Assembly: GCF_001194135.2 (NCBI RefSeq)
Contig: NC_068983.1
Location: 33,487,569 to 33,539,288, forward strand
Source of the DNA: Octopus bimaculoides
Taxonomy: Eukaryota
Reading direction: 5' to 3'
Length of the DNA stretch: 51,720 bases
Each line of letters opens with the position of its first letter. Within the stretch, counting starts at the first letter, position 1. This document shows, piece after piece, positions 25,742 through 38,470 of this stretch. The notes under the pieces are model-generated. The model was given only the letters and a program-made list of their open reading frames with translations. It did no database searches and was not told the origin of the DNA. The translations under genes were made by a program, and so were the position numbers.

Positions 25742-26660
25742 TTGGGTTGGCAACTAAGTTCCCGCGTTTTTTTTTTAATTTTGGAATTTATTGCGTTTTT
25801 ACATTTTGGAATCTATTTTTATCGAGAATTCTATTTTTGAATCATTTTGGAATCTCATTTTTTTTTTCTAGTTAAATGTCTTTAATTTTTGTTTATTTTC
25901 AGATCATTAGAATAGAATGTCAAGTTAGGAAAAACGAGCATTTTCGACACCTCCTTCTTTTTGCTTTTAATCAAGGTTCTAAGGCCGCAGAACTGCTCCC
26001 GACATTTGTGCTGTGTATGGAGAGAGTGCCATAGCTGAAAGAACCGCTGGTGATTGGTATGCCAAGTTCAAAAATGGAAATTTTGATCTCAAATGCGCAC
26101 CTCGTTCTGGCTGTCCAGTTGAGTTTGATGAAGAGCGATTAAACCAACTTTTGCATGAAAATTCTCGTCAAACGACAAGGTAAGTGGCAGAGAAAATGGA
26201 ATGCTCCCACACTGCTAGAGAGAAGCATCTTCACTCGATGGGAAAGATTCAGAAGTATGGAGCATGGGTTTCGCATGCTTTAAGTGACAACAGCAAAAAT
26301 CAACGAGGCACAATCTCCGCTGGTTTCCTTGCTCCTCACCGCTCAACTCATGGATACAAGCAACGATTTCTTTACCGAATCGTTACTGGCAACGAAAAAT
26401 GGTGCCTGTACATCAATATGAAGCAGCGTAAGGAATGGCTTAGCCCCGGTAAACAAGCGACACCGCACGTGAAACAAGATCTTCATCCGCGTAAAACAAT
26501 GTTGTGCATATGGTGGGACTGGGAAGGGATTATCCATTACGAATTGCTTGAATGGAACCAAACGGCCAAACCGAAACCCTATGTTCAACAGATGGTACGT
26601 CTCAACACGGCTATTCAAGAGAAAAGACCTAATCGGCAGCATGAAGTTCTTCTGCTGCAC
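25742..26660 (+). mobile_element. Mariner transposon, 5' TIR present, 3' part lost
   Basis: TA followed by TIR ttgggttggcaactaag. Homology ends at VLLLH, just before the second catalytic Asp. Confidence 0.92.
25912..26660 (+). pseudogene. Mariner transposase pseudogene
   Basis: Start is ATA instead of ATG; frameshift near 25990; stop at 26181-26183. Motifs PRSGCP, WVSHAL, VTGNEKW (catalytic D changed to N) and MLCIWWD. Confidence 0.92.
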
Positions 26661-26717
26661 TCCTACGATATGACAACGAGGATCTCAGCTGGGATCCTCT
26701 TCGTCTTAATCGTAGGA
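26661..26717. repeat. 57-bp imperfect palindrome at the mariner breakpoint
   Basis: tcctacgat..gaggatc.cag|ctg.gatcctc..atcgtagga. Confidence 0.8.
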
Positions 26718-27314
26718 CTGCTCCTATTATTATTATATAGGCACCTAAAGCAATCAGTAAAGCATAGCACATGCTACCAGGTCATACGTACGGCTGACAT
26801 ACAATCACATACACACATAAAAGGTCAAGAAAAGTGTGAAGCTAGAGTATTTCTAGAGAAGCACTCGACACGAATACTGAGCTATCAATCACTGTCGGTT
26901 TCTAGGCCAAAGCGAGAATTCCTCAGGTGTAGAAAACTCAAGTTTCATGACGCTTATACCGTAAAGTGGGTGTGGCAAAGAGTAAATAAACCAATGAAAA
27001 GAAGACAAAGAAAATCATTTAACACATCCTTGATGATTCGCTACAATTGTTTCTGTACCAATTCTCTTTGCAACGCTGATTTACGTAAAAATTCGAAATG
27101 AAAATTTACGTAATACTTGCGGTTTTAGACATTAGAAAGGCGTTCCATCAGACTTGCATCAAAGGTATGTTGTCACATTGTGTGTCTTCCAGACGTTGTG
27201 TTTTGGCTTAGATCAGGATGAAACAGAAGAAGGAAGAAAGTAAAAGTGTCGATATACGATAAGTAAGTGAGGTAGAGATCATGAAGGGGGCGGGGATTTA
27301 AGCGCAAGGTTACG

Positions 27315-27770
27315 CAGAAGGAGAAGGAGAAGAAGGAGGAGGAAAAACGAGCAGAAAGTGAAGGAGAAGAAGAAGGCGGAGGAAGAAGAGGGGAGGGGGA
27401 AGGGAGAGGGGGGAAAGCGAGCAGATGACGAAAGTGAAGGAGAAGAAGAGGGAGAAAAAGAAGAGGAAAAGGGAAGAAGGCGGAGGAAGATGAAAGGAGG
27501 AGAGGAGGAAAACGAGCAAAAGACGAAAGTGAAGGAGAAGAGGGAGAAGAACAAAAAGAAAACGAAGAAGAAGAAGGAGAAGAAGAAGAAGAAGAAGAAG
27601 AAGAAGAAGAAGAAGAAGAAGAAGAAGATGAAGAAGAAGAAGAAAAAGAAAAAGAAGAAGAAGAAGAAAAGAGAGAAGGAGAAAGAAGAAGAGAGAAGAA
27701 AAGGAAGGAAGAAGAGAGAAGAAAAAAAAGAAGTAGAGAGAAGAGCGAGAAGAACAAGAAGAAGAAGTAA
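27315..27770. repeat. GA-rich low-complexity tract, (GAA)n with three cryptic acgagca..gaaagtgaaggagaag units
   Basis: Direct reading; it explains the K/E-rich and S/F/L-rich ORFs. Confidence 0.9.
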
Positions 27771-27984
27771 TTATATACATATACTTTTCTTTTGATTTCT
27801 ATTAGTTTTTAGATGTATTTTCTGATACATATTATTTATATATGATTTCGTAGGCGCTATTTACATATCATATCATATACCCAGGCCAATTCCCCATTTT
27901 TTCGGAGGGGGTAGTCACAACAAGACACACACCAGGCATTCCATTCATTTCCCAGCTAATTCCAGCAGAAACTTATTGGATAAT

Positions 27985-28620
27985 ATTTTTTTAATTACCG
28001 AAGCAACATATTAAATAAGTATCATTCCACAATTGTTGCATTTTGGCAGATTAAAAAGCATTGGTAAGGAAATCGCATTAGGTTATTATTTGAATGTATA
28101 TGGTCTAATCTAAGATACATGAAGCATTTTACTTCAATTCTCCTCCTTAAAACATAAGAGAATTACCCGGGGGTGAACAAGAACATTTTCAGAAAATACT
28201 ACAGTAGCAAGACTAATTTACGTTGGCATTATCTCACTGCAGATAATTGAGATTCCATTAACTGCTGATGAGATAATTAACACTGCTATATTTCAACATG
28301 ATGGCACTTATTGTCAACATGCCACAAATATTCAGAATTACCTGCTTGAACCGGCTCCAAATATGTTAATTAAACATCGGATTAGCAAAACGTCTCCATC
28401 TTGATGTCATATCTAAACCTTCTGGATTAATCTCCTTGGAGATTTATGAAATGGTCAATCTTGCAAATAAGGATTACAGCACTAGACATTTATGTGAGCA
28501 TAAATAAATTACTACAAATATCATAGTGCGGCAGATTTTGTAGGACGTACATGGAAACGTTGCAGAACGATTTGAACTGTGGTGGGATCGTTAAGGCCAT
28601 CATGTCGAAGGCTGTTCTTG
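27985..28620 (+). mobile_element. Highly degenerate Tc1/mariner-superfamily transposase remnant (maT/DD37D-like)
   Basis: DNIFLITEATY (cf. FSDEA), AIFQHDGTYCQH (cf. FQQDGA..H), SYLNLLD*SPWRFMK (cf. SPDLxPLDFxLWG) and GHHVE, in the correct order. Confidence 0.5.
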
Positions 28621-28749
28621 AAACTTCTAACAATGTTATTTATCTTTCAATAGTTAATTTTATGTATATTTTTTATATTATTGCTGCATTTTATTAATAC
28701 AAAGAGACACCTTATGGTTATACTGCACGTACACATATATGTATATAAA

Positions 28750-28843
<94 letters not shown>

Positions 28844-29469
28844 TTGTTTGTCTGTCTGTTTGCCTGTCAGTCTGTCTATCAATCCATATATACAAATAAA
28901 ATGAGTAAGACTATGTGTTAAGGAGTAGACAGACAATAAACAGTATATGAACTTAAAACTACTAAAAAATTGTGGTACGAAAATTACCCCACTATAGACG
29001 CAGACACAGACACACACATAACACACGTGTACACACACACACACGCACACACGCACACACACACATACTCACACATACACACACACACTCATAATCACCC
29101 ACACACATGCAGCATGCATATAATTGTGGTCGGTCTCTTGTGTAATATATCGTCAGACGGCTCGGCAATTGCTTTTTTCTCCGTCATGTCTTGTTCAAGT
29201 CTATTTGTCAAGCTTTAAACACAAATGGATTAACGCGATTAACGATCAGCATGATTAGAGCTATCAAAGCAATCATGCACCACATAATGATCTCGTTTCT
29301 TATAATGAACAACATAATAGGTAATTAGCGAACAAAACTCTTTAGTATAAACTGGATTGTCAAGTATAAAGCGAATTAAATAATTATTCAGATTTATTTA
29401 TTCGTGTCTCGTTAAAAATAACTATATTACGCCCAGTCATAATTTAATACATAACATTTATATATATGC

Positions 29470-29843
29470 AATAATAAATCTCTGAATGAGGTATAAACAG
29501 TAGCTGCACGTCAACGTGAAGTATATTTGCCACTTAAATGCGGCTAACCCCTAAGGGTGAATGCTACTGTAGCTTGTAGAACATCTCCTCCAGCTAGCTA
29601 TTGACAAACCTTCTGTGCCCTGTCAGTATTTGCAAAGGGAAGTCATCCTTCCCATCGTCGATCTGACGTGATACGCACGGACCTGGGTTTCTGGGTATTT
29701 AGCCTTCGTCAGCGCACGACAATCACCGATCTTCAATGCGAAGGGCTCCCAATGAAAATACATATATCTTTTTTGCAGTGACGAAAATTCACAGATCTCA
29801 AACAAGTGTAAACAAGCAATAATAAATCTCTGAACGAGATAAG
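29470..29843 (-). mobile_element. Retrozyme-like or solo-pLTR retroposed element with terminal direct repeat and 15-bp TSD
   Basis: TSD catttatatatatgc at 29455-29469 and 29844-29858. Repeat gcaataataaatctctgaa(t/c)gag at 29468-29490 and 29816-29838 (period 348). Internal hammerhead-like motif. Confidence 0.75.
29674..29718 (-). ncRNA. Type I hammerhead-like motif with irregular stem II junction
   Basis: CGTGCG-CTGACGA-AGGCTAAATACCCA-GAAA-CCCAGG-TC-CGTGCG. GUC triplet with C17 at 29680; stem I is 6 bp with two G-U pairs. Confidence 0.65.
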
Positions 29844-29949
29844 CATTTATATATATGCTTTTACTAGTATGATTTTCAGCATTATTTATGGGTTCTAAAT
29901 CTTAATGTGTTGACGTAGCCTACTACTTCCCATTCAGAAAGTAGGGAGA

Positions 29950-30291
29950 GTGACCCCCTTCGGTCATGAATGAATATGAGATTGCACCTAGAAAGTTACC
30001 TTCCAAGGCAAAAATCCGAGCAAGGTTGTTTATGGAAGACCAGCAGTCGCCCATGCATAACAGCCTCCCATCTCCACACCAACGATGTTATCCAAGGGAA
30101 AGGCAAAGACTGGGACAGCTTGGCTCCAGTGACATCGCAGCTCATTTCTACGTCCAGAGTGAAGTGGAGCAACGTGAAATAAAGTGTCTTGCTCAACAAC
30201 ACAACACGCAGCCCGGTCCGGAAATCGAACTCACAGCTTCACGATCGTAAACTCGACGCGTCGATGCGTTAACCACTGAGCCATGCGCCTT
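29950..30291 (-). mobile_element. tRNA-derived SINE
   Basis: A-box TGGCTCAGTGG and B-box GAGTTCGATTTCC; core shared with 11510-11815, different tail. Confidence 0.85.
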
Positions 30292-30419
30292 GACACCAGA
30301 AAGTAGTAGGCTACCTCTATCAACAGTGCATTTCTTTAGAAATATACAGTCTTGTACTAATTTAAGAAAGCCATATTTAATTTAGTGGAACATTACTGGG
30401 GCAAATGGAAATGTTAATA

Positions 30420-31055
30420 TATCTCGAAGCTGTATTCACAAATGATGGAAGGCAGGAGGCCGAGTTGGGGGGTCAGTATTGCAGGTGCTGGCGCAGTGAT
30501 GCACCGGTTACGACATTCGGTTCCCAGAAAAGGGGAGGTTGGTAACAAACACAAAATATAAAAAACAAACAAAACAAAAATTCGCTATCTTGAATTTTGT
30601 TTCGTGCCTATCCTCACTCTGGTCATGAATGTTTGGTTAAGGGTCGAAAGAGTACGGTCGTGAATAGAAGTGACCGAGCCAGGGTTACTCCGAAGCATTT
30701 CTAGAGTAACATCATTCAACGGATGTTCGGACATCAGAGTGTCTCGTTAGGTCAAGTAGCTACTTTTCCGTGTTAAGACGTCACGGTCCTGGTACTATCG
30801 ATATGTGCTTAGAATGTTGCAAGAAATTATCGTAAGATGAAGCTTTTCAGCTGAGTCATTCGACAGGAGACCTAGGGGTGTATTAAGAAAGAAATGGTTC
30901 GATGATACCCACAGCTTCAGTTAGTCTTGCCTGGGAGTCCAACCGGAAAATCTATCGGCTGTTGTTTTTGATAGAGGCCTATAAAGAAGGTCCTTGGGAA
31001 CTACCCACTGCACAAGCATCTCAGGAGTAGAAGGTAGAGAGGATGGTTGGATGGA
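30420..31055 (+). mobile_element. RTE-clade (Rex3/Expander-like) LINE 3' fragment
   Basis: YLEAVFTNDGRQ, FVPILT, RRPRG...KWFDD, LGVQPE, and a GGATGGTTGGATGGA-type tail. Confidence 0.75.
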
Positions 31056-31974
31056 CTTATTTAATCTATAACTCATGGTTATACGACACAGAGAGCTACA
31101 AATAAGTAGAGGCGCCACAACATATCCGTCTCTCTCTATATATAGTTATAAACCCAATAATGTCGTCGTTATTTTTTTATCCATCCATGATTGATAAAAT
31201 TCGTACATAATATTATCGTCTTTTGATGGTATAGCAAAATCAATAATATTTTTCACCACGCTATTTCTAAGTTATAAGATAAACGTCTTGAGAATGGTAA
31301 GTTAGTTTGTTTATTTTCTTTTAATGTTTTCGTAAGTAGTCCGAAGAAAAGTTACGGCTTCATATATAATGATAAGCAATGTTAGAATAGAAGTAATTAC
31401 CTTCGACTTACCAATAGCAAAATTTTCTCTTTGAATGCTTCTAAGTAAATACATTATTAATATTCCGGGAGTAACTAAAGTGGTAGCTGCACATATTAGC
31501 AATTCTGTTTAGTGAGTCAAGAAGCGGAGAATGGGAGGAGTCACAGAACATATATGTTAAATTTCTTCAGTATGCAAAACTCTATGCAGTACAGATGCTA
31601 TATATAATTTACAAATATATATACCGTTTCCAAAAGTGGCAAATACATATGTAAATGGCTATGCAGAAGCAAAATTCATGGACCTATAGTTGCACTGTAT
31701 AGAAACACAACTTCCTAGACACACAAGCGCACACATACATACACAGGCATGTATCTATATATACAAATATACCTACCTTCCTTCCTACCTACCTACATAT
31801 ATACATACTCATATATATAGGCGCAGTCGTGACTGTGTGATAAGAATTTTGCGTCCCAACAACATGGCTTCGAGTTCAGTCGCACTGCGTTGCAGCTTGG
31901 GCAAGAATAAATGAACAAAAGAATACATTCACACACACATGAATATACACATTCACACAATCTGTGTCTGTCTG

Positions 31975-32041
<67 letters not shown>

Positions 32042-32521
32042 CTTTCTCTCTTCCTGTATACGTATGCAATGCATGTGTGTATATTATATATNNNNNNNNN
32101 NNNNNNNNNNNNNNNNNNNNNNNNNNNNNNNNNNNNNNNNNNNNNNNNNNNNNNNNNNNNNNNNNNNNNNNNNNNNNNNNNNNNNNNNNNNNNNNNNNNN
32201 NNNNNNNNNNNNNNNNNNNNNNNNNNNNNNNNNNNNNNNNNNNNNNNNNNNNNNNNNNNNNNNNNNNNNNNNNNNNNNNNNNNNNNNNNNNNNNNNNNNN
32301 NNNNNNNNNNNNNNNNNNNNNNNNNNNNNNNNNNNNNNNNNNNNNNNNNNNNNNNNNNNNNNNNNNNNNNNNNNNNNNNNNNNNNATGCCTGCTAACTCA
32401 GAAGCCTACTACGTACCTATTTGTTCAGATAACCAGTGAACTAAACCTCTCATATTCTCTCTCTCCCCCTTCTCTCTCTCTCCCCTTCTCTCCCTCTCCC
32501 CCTCTCTCTCTGTATATATAT

Positions 32522-32556
<35 letters not shown>

Positions 32557-34679
32557 CAGAAAGACCGCTTCCCGGGTTGTTTTCTGCTTGTTGCTAAATT
32601 AATAATCATACCTTTGATTTCCAATTTGTGTAATTTTTGGTAATATTATATCTAATTTTCTTTTCAATCCTTTATTCACTTAATAATACTCGCTCATTCA
32701 ACTACGCAAATGCGTTGAGCCGTGTTTGTTTCCTCATAACTCCCTGCAAAATCGATATTTATTAATGAAAAAGTTTCTATAAATACCTTTCAGAGTATGT
32801 AGATTATGATTATATCGAAATTTATGCCGAAAATATTTTGGGAAAAGAATTTCGGATAATTCACAGGCCTCAAATTTGTTTCCCCATAGCTTTTAAAAAA
32901 AGGATATTTTTGTATGAAAATTTCTACAAATAACTTTCAAACAGTTTATATTACCATTATACAGGAACTGAATATGGGGAAGATGTGGAGGAGGGGGAAA
33001 TGGATATTTCATGCATCTCAAGTCTATTTCCTCATTGTTTTGATGATTTAGTAATTAGACTGAACAAATGCTTTTGAGTTCTATGTGAGCCCCGCTATTT
33101 ATAGCTTACTAAACGACCACGTGGGGATGAACCACCTTTGAGTTTATTTAAAAGAATGATTAAGATTACGATGAAATAATGAAATATGTATCAATAATTA
33201 GTGCTAGTATTGTATTCTACTTTCTCCAACGATTTCAGCCAGAGAATTTTCGGCAAAGGGTGGCATAGTCACCAACAGAACATGTTTTGAAAATAATTGT
33301 AATGAAATTATGAAAATGTATGAGAATAACAAAGTCCATGCAAACACGCACGCGCACACACATGTATAAATGAAAAGTTTTTAATATAGGTATGCATGAG
33401 ATTTTAATATTTATATACTTCGTTACCAAATACAAGCAAACGCAAATGCGTTCTCATTTATCTACAGAAGAATAATATTTGTCACCCATTAGATTGATAT
33501 CTATTTAGTAATGAAATGTTGTACAAATACACACGCTTTTTTCACCGCGGTGTGGTTGAAGCTGAAAGCTATTTACTCTAAGCAAAATCTAACATGGCCG
33601 ATGTAATTTGCTTAAACATGCATTCGTTGGCAATGTGATTAAATTCATTATGTGCAACACAGTGAATATTAGATAAACGTAAATTTTGATATTATTATAC
33701 CAACGTAATTTAGAGAAGTGTAACATTGTTTACAAGTTTGTCAGCGGTTGTGTACAACTAGATTCTCATAAATGTTTTTTTCTAAAAAGCAACAGACAAA
33801 CAAACAATAAGTTCATATTCACTCCTGCTGTATTTCTTATGTTTGAAAGAGGAACATTGAAGAGCGCCAGTGCCCTGAAACTAACGATTCAGTATTTTCT
33901 TGTCCTCATTTGAGATGGGAAAGCAGAAACTTTGAAACTACCTCATAGCACCATGTTCATGAATTCGTACAGTTTTCAACACTAAAGTTTAGCTATTTTC
34001 TCTCCTCCTTAGGATATTGCTGATATAGATTATTGCATTTAGTTCACTTCTTGCTAAAAATGCATAACTTCAAAGTTTTCAAACACTCCAAATAGCTTAT
34101 GTAGCTCAGGAAATCATTGCTTTTTGATTACATCCTTTTCGCTGCCTAAACTTTAGTTGTGAACCTGGCTGCATGAAACGAATATAGCTCGACAAGAACG
34201 TCGAGTTGACTGATATCAAATATCTTCATGAAAATCAACATATCTTATGTTCTTGCTCACAAACTTCTTAGGCTCTACCCAATTAACGCTCTGGATGTTG
34301 GCATCGTTTTCTCAATATCTTTTTGCTGTGAAATTATAATTACAACAGCCAGTCCAACTTCTAACCCTGGAATTAAAACTTGCTACACTACGGTATATTA
34401 AGGATGTGATAAGTTGCAAAACTGAAAATGGAAACCCTCAAATTTTCCTATATTCTTACTTTTGATAATTGACATTTTTCAACCAATCTTTGCGCGGAAC
34501 TAAATCCATTTTGTTGAATTTTGAAATCCTGGTGAAGCTTTAATTCTTTGCAAATTTTAGTATTACCGGTAAAACTAGCATAGCTTTGGTGAATGACATT
34601 AAAATATGTCTCATGGAACTGTTAAGTATATCAATGTATGAATGAAAGTATGTGTGAATGTATGTAAGAATGTGTATAT

Positions 34680-34900
34680 ACAATTGCAGCGAGGAAGGTG
34701 CAGCACGGAATTTTGTCAGTGAACAGGTTGCGGTCTCAAAGTGACGAAAATATTTTGGCAAATTAAATTTAAGTGTTGAAGTGAATCTAACGGTTTTTGT
34801 GTGTTTCTTAACTGGCTTATAAACACCTTCCACGCTGCAATTGTTTTTGTTACAGCACACGATCTCAGACCAGGTCGCTTGCTATGCAAGTACATCCCCC

Positions 34901-34903
<3 letters not shown>
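34680..34903 (+). mobile_element. Probable Penelope-type pLTR fragment with a 21-bp inverted segment
   Basis: 34680-34700 is the reverse complement of 34824-34844 (one mismatch) and encloses a hammerhead-like motif. Ends in (TA)n; the right boundary is approximate. Confidence 0.55.
34712..34762 (+). ncRNA. Type I hammerhead-like motif with G3-C8 core swap
   Basis: Stem I TTTGTCA/TGGCAAA, core GTGAACA (34719-34725), one extra G, stem II GTTGC/GTGAC, GAAA, palindromic AATATT, U17 at 34755. Confidence 0.7.
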
Positions 34904-34931
<28 letters not shown>

Positions 34932-35366
34932 GGATGTATGTATGTGTGCTTGTAGAATAATAGTATGCACGTATAAATGCATGTGTATGTGTATATATAT
35001 ATGTACATATTGATACATCCTTGTAAATATGTAAATATGCGTGTCTGTGTGTTTATGCATGTGTGGCTATGTATGTGTGCATGCATGTATTGTTGTATGC
35101 ATAGTTAGTAAACAATGCATTATAGAGCGTTTGGGATAATTTGCAACATAATGAAAATGCTTTTTCGGTATGTACACAATTTTAATGGCACCGTGGCAAA
35201 AGGTAAACAAGATAATGAAACAGGTTTTCCTCCATCTTGTCTGAAAATCTGAGGTTTATTACAATTTTGCCAATGGAGAGACAGAAAAATACCTGTTACG
35301 TAGCCACTTTGTTTTACACACCAAAGACAAATCAAATTGCACATCCAAAGGTACATATTGAATCTC

Positions 35367-35400
<34 letters not shown>

Positions 35401-35410
35401 NNNNNNNNNN

Positions 35411-35448
<38 letters not shown>

Positions 35449-35859
35449 CTAAAATAAAACTGAACAATAACTGTGTGTATATCTATATATGTATGTGTCT
35501 GTTCCCATACATATATAGATATGCACACATAACACTTGTGTAAAGGGAATTTAAATAGTTTGTGTAATTGATCCAATGATCGAGGGACTGAAATACTGTT
35601 TATAGAGTAGCAATAATATTTGATATTAATTGCAAATTGTTAATTTCAAAGTTTTTCTGCTAAAACTGGCGAAGTTTAGAAGTAAACAGATACTACCCTG
35701 AACGTATGCGTTCTCACGTACACAGACAGACAGACAGGCAGACAGATAGACAGACAGTCGGATAGACATACATACATAAACACACGCACACACTGACACA
35801 CACACACAAATATATGCACATATGGTGTATGTACTCCTACAAATATCTATCCGTACAAA

Positions 35860-35908
<49 letters not shown>

Positions 35909-37725
35909 CCACACAAACACACACATACACACACACATAAACACACACTCAACACACACACACATATATACATGTATATATATATGTTTTATATATGTAT
36001 GTGTTTGTGTGTGAGTGTGTGTGTATATATATGACTATGTATATGTGTGTGTGTGTTTGAGTGTGTGTGTGTTTGAGTGTGCGTGTGTGCATTAAGGAGA
36101 GATCAAATGAGTAGGAAAATATTAAAGATATGCAATGAAATAAGGCAAATCACAAAATATGCATATACGAAGACGGATAGGAGGTGGAGTCGTTGATTAA
36201 GTACAATCGAAAATTTATGTTTATGTTTTTTTTTGTTTATATTCCGATGTATGTCCTTTGCAGCGTTATCTAGAAGATACATCACTTCTAAATTTCTTGA
36301 GCCCACCCTATCTCCCTGCTTCCTATGTATTTGAAGTGTTTCTTAGTACCACGCCATACCTCCATTATCAATTTCTTCATTGACCACTGATTATGATAGG
36401 GTCACACCCTATATAATCTGTACTTCTTTTTGAGCACTTCTTCCTTCTGTCTTATTCAGGAAACAGGTAATTTTTATTTACTGTAATTAGCCAACAGCTA
36501 AAAGCGCCTAATTAGATATCCTTAACGTAGTGCTAACAAATGAATTTACCCATAGTCAATAAATTAGTAAATCTTAATCTCTCTGTCCCTATCGATAATA
36601 AGTATAGTCAATTTGTTGTCAGCACAAAACACTAGATATCGAGCGGAAGATTATTTCTAATTCACACTTTCTTGCGATAAATGCGTATATATTTGTCCTT
36701 TTATTGAAAGTTGTATATTACGAAAGATGAAAAATTGTGTAAATTTTCATTAGTTGATGTCTGAAGTTAAATGACTTTCATCGTCAGGATGTTACAGTTT
36801 TTTGAGGTTTGCACTGTGATTGCTGGGATTATATCATTTACTTTATTTCAATAAGGTACGATGACCTGATAATGTAAATTAAGTGGAATAGGGATATGCG
36901 ACCATGCATGGGTTTTTATGATGTTACTGGGGTAAAATAGATTACTGAGCAACGCAATATGGTATGTTTTCTTCCTCGGTACACCACACAATAAAAAAAA
37001 AATGAAAAAAATACAGTTTTCTAACACAATCAGTTATATCAAACCTTAAGTAAGGGAAGAACTAGGAAGCATTGCATTTGACCGCCGAATTTAAAGGGGT
37101 GCAGTTAATATGAAATATTTTGTTCTGTTTTAATGATTATGCAATTGGAATACCCAAACATAAAAGAAATATTAATAACAAGTATTTTTACATTATGGGA
37201 ATCAGTTATGGGGCGGAAGAAATAACAAGTTTTAGTCTATTCACGCAACCAATGTTTCATCTTCGGAATAATGTTCAGCAAATAGCGAAAAAATAAAAAA
37301 TACTGATAACAGTCAACAACAATCTGTATGATGCAATATTTTATGACTTATCTAACAGCAAACGATAATAAAAGATGACGTAGAGATATTAAACAACAGA
37401 CATGCAATGAAATATAAACTGTACAAAGATTATCTGATAGCACAGGAGTACGGCTGAGGCATTGTATTGTGATCTTGGCCTCTGGCAGATCATTGCAGGA
37501 AGATATTCAGATATACGTCATGTGGGAGGGACCAAGAAAACCAAATATTCAACTACCAGCAAATTTGAAAGAAAATCTAAAAACCATGAATAATGGTGGT
37601 AAAATTAAACAAACAGTTTATATTATCTAGTCAACTGTTTTCGACTGAACAACTGAGAAGCCAATTTCTATAATGCCCACAAACAACGCAACACAGACAT
37701 ATCTGAATGTATATCTGTCAGCATG

Positions 37726-37758
<33 letters not shown>

Positions 37759-38199
37759 CGTTCGAGACATACACACTTCACGTCTGGCTGTACAGCCATT
37801 TTGTTTGTTTATTTTACCGTTTCGTTTTCTTGTCTTGTTTTCCGTCCGCCACTACCCTCCACGAAAACAATTTAATTTGTGTTCGTGGCAAGAACCATTT
37901 TAACGATGCATACTGCCTTAATTCTACGAAACGCCGGAGTTTTAATGGTGGCAGCTGATGAAGGGGATGTTTCTATGTGGCCTGCTTGTTTGTTGCACCT
38001 TGTTGACCATTTTTGTCCTTGTTCCTCAGTACTGCAGTGTATATACCTTTAGAAATTAAAATACATCAGAAACATATTTAACAGAACCTAAGCTTCGTCT
38101 ATTTTTCATCACGTTTGGGGGCCTTAAATTATTGCATTTGTGGTTGCCTTTCTTGTTTCTTTCCTCTTCTATTTCCTCTGTTCTAAGAGCACCAGAGAG

Positions 38200-38470
38200 A
38201 TTACCTTACTCTCTGCACCCACGATGTTGCACAAGTTCGGAATAACTCAACCATATGCTGTTGCATGTTAACTCTATCCAATATTAGCCTGCACTGTGCC
38301 AGAAAACTCACAAGTGATGGTGCTATGAATGTACCTATGTTCATAATCTCCATTACTTGTTTTGCCTCTCCCCATAAGCTATGGCACCAGCCTATGAGCA
38401 GGAGTGTGATCTACCGGTTCACGTATTTCCTGATCTATTACTCAATCTTAAAAATTACGCACACACTCCG
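38200..38470 (+). mobile_element. Jockey-like LINE 3' remnant
   Basis: HCARKLTS and CDLPVHVFPD resemble the HCSxELAS and WNSLPxxVFP motifs. Confidence 0.4.

Noticed and set aside
27040-27080. Ly6/three-finger-like CFCTNSLCN motif
   Set aside because: The upstream cysteines and a signal peptide are missing, and there is no acceptor site nearby.
27173-27795. K/E-rich and S/L/F-rich ORFs
   Set aside because: They are translations of a (GAA)n purine tract.
36745-36795. Minus-strand CTGACGA with a TGAA/TTCA stem
   Set aside because: GACA instead of GAAA, and no stem I or stem III.
37955-38075. Hammerhead at CTGATGAAGGGG
   Set aside because: No GAAA or stem III closes a stem II nearby; at most a Penelope-like remnant.
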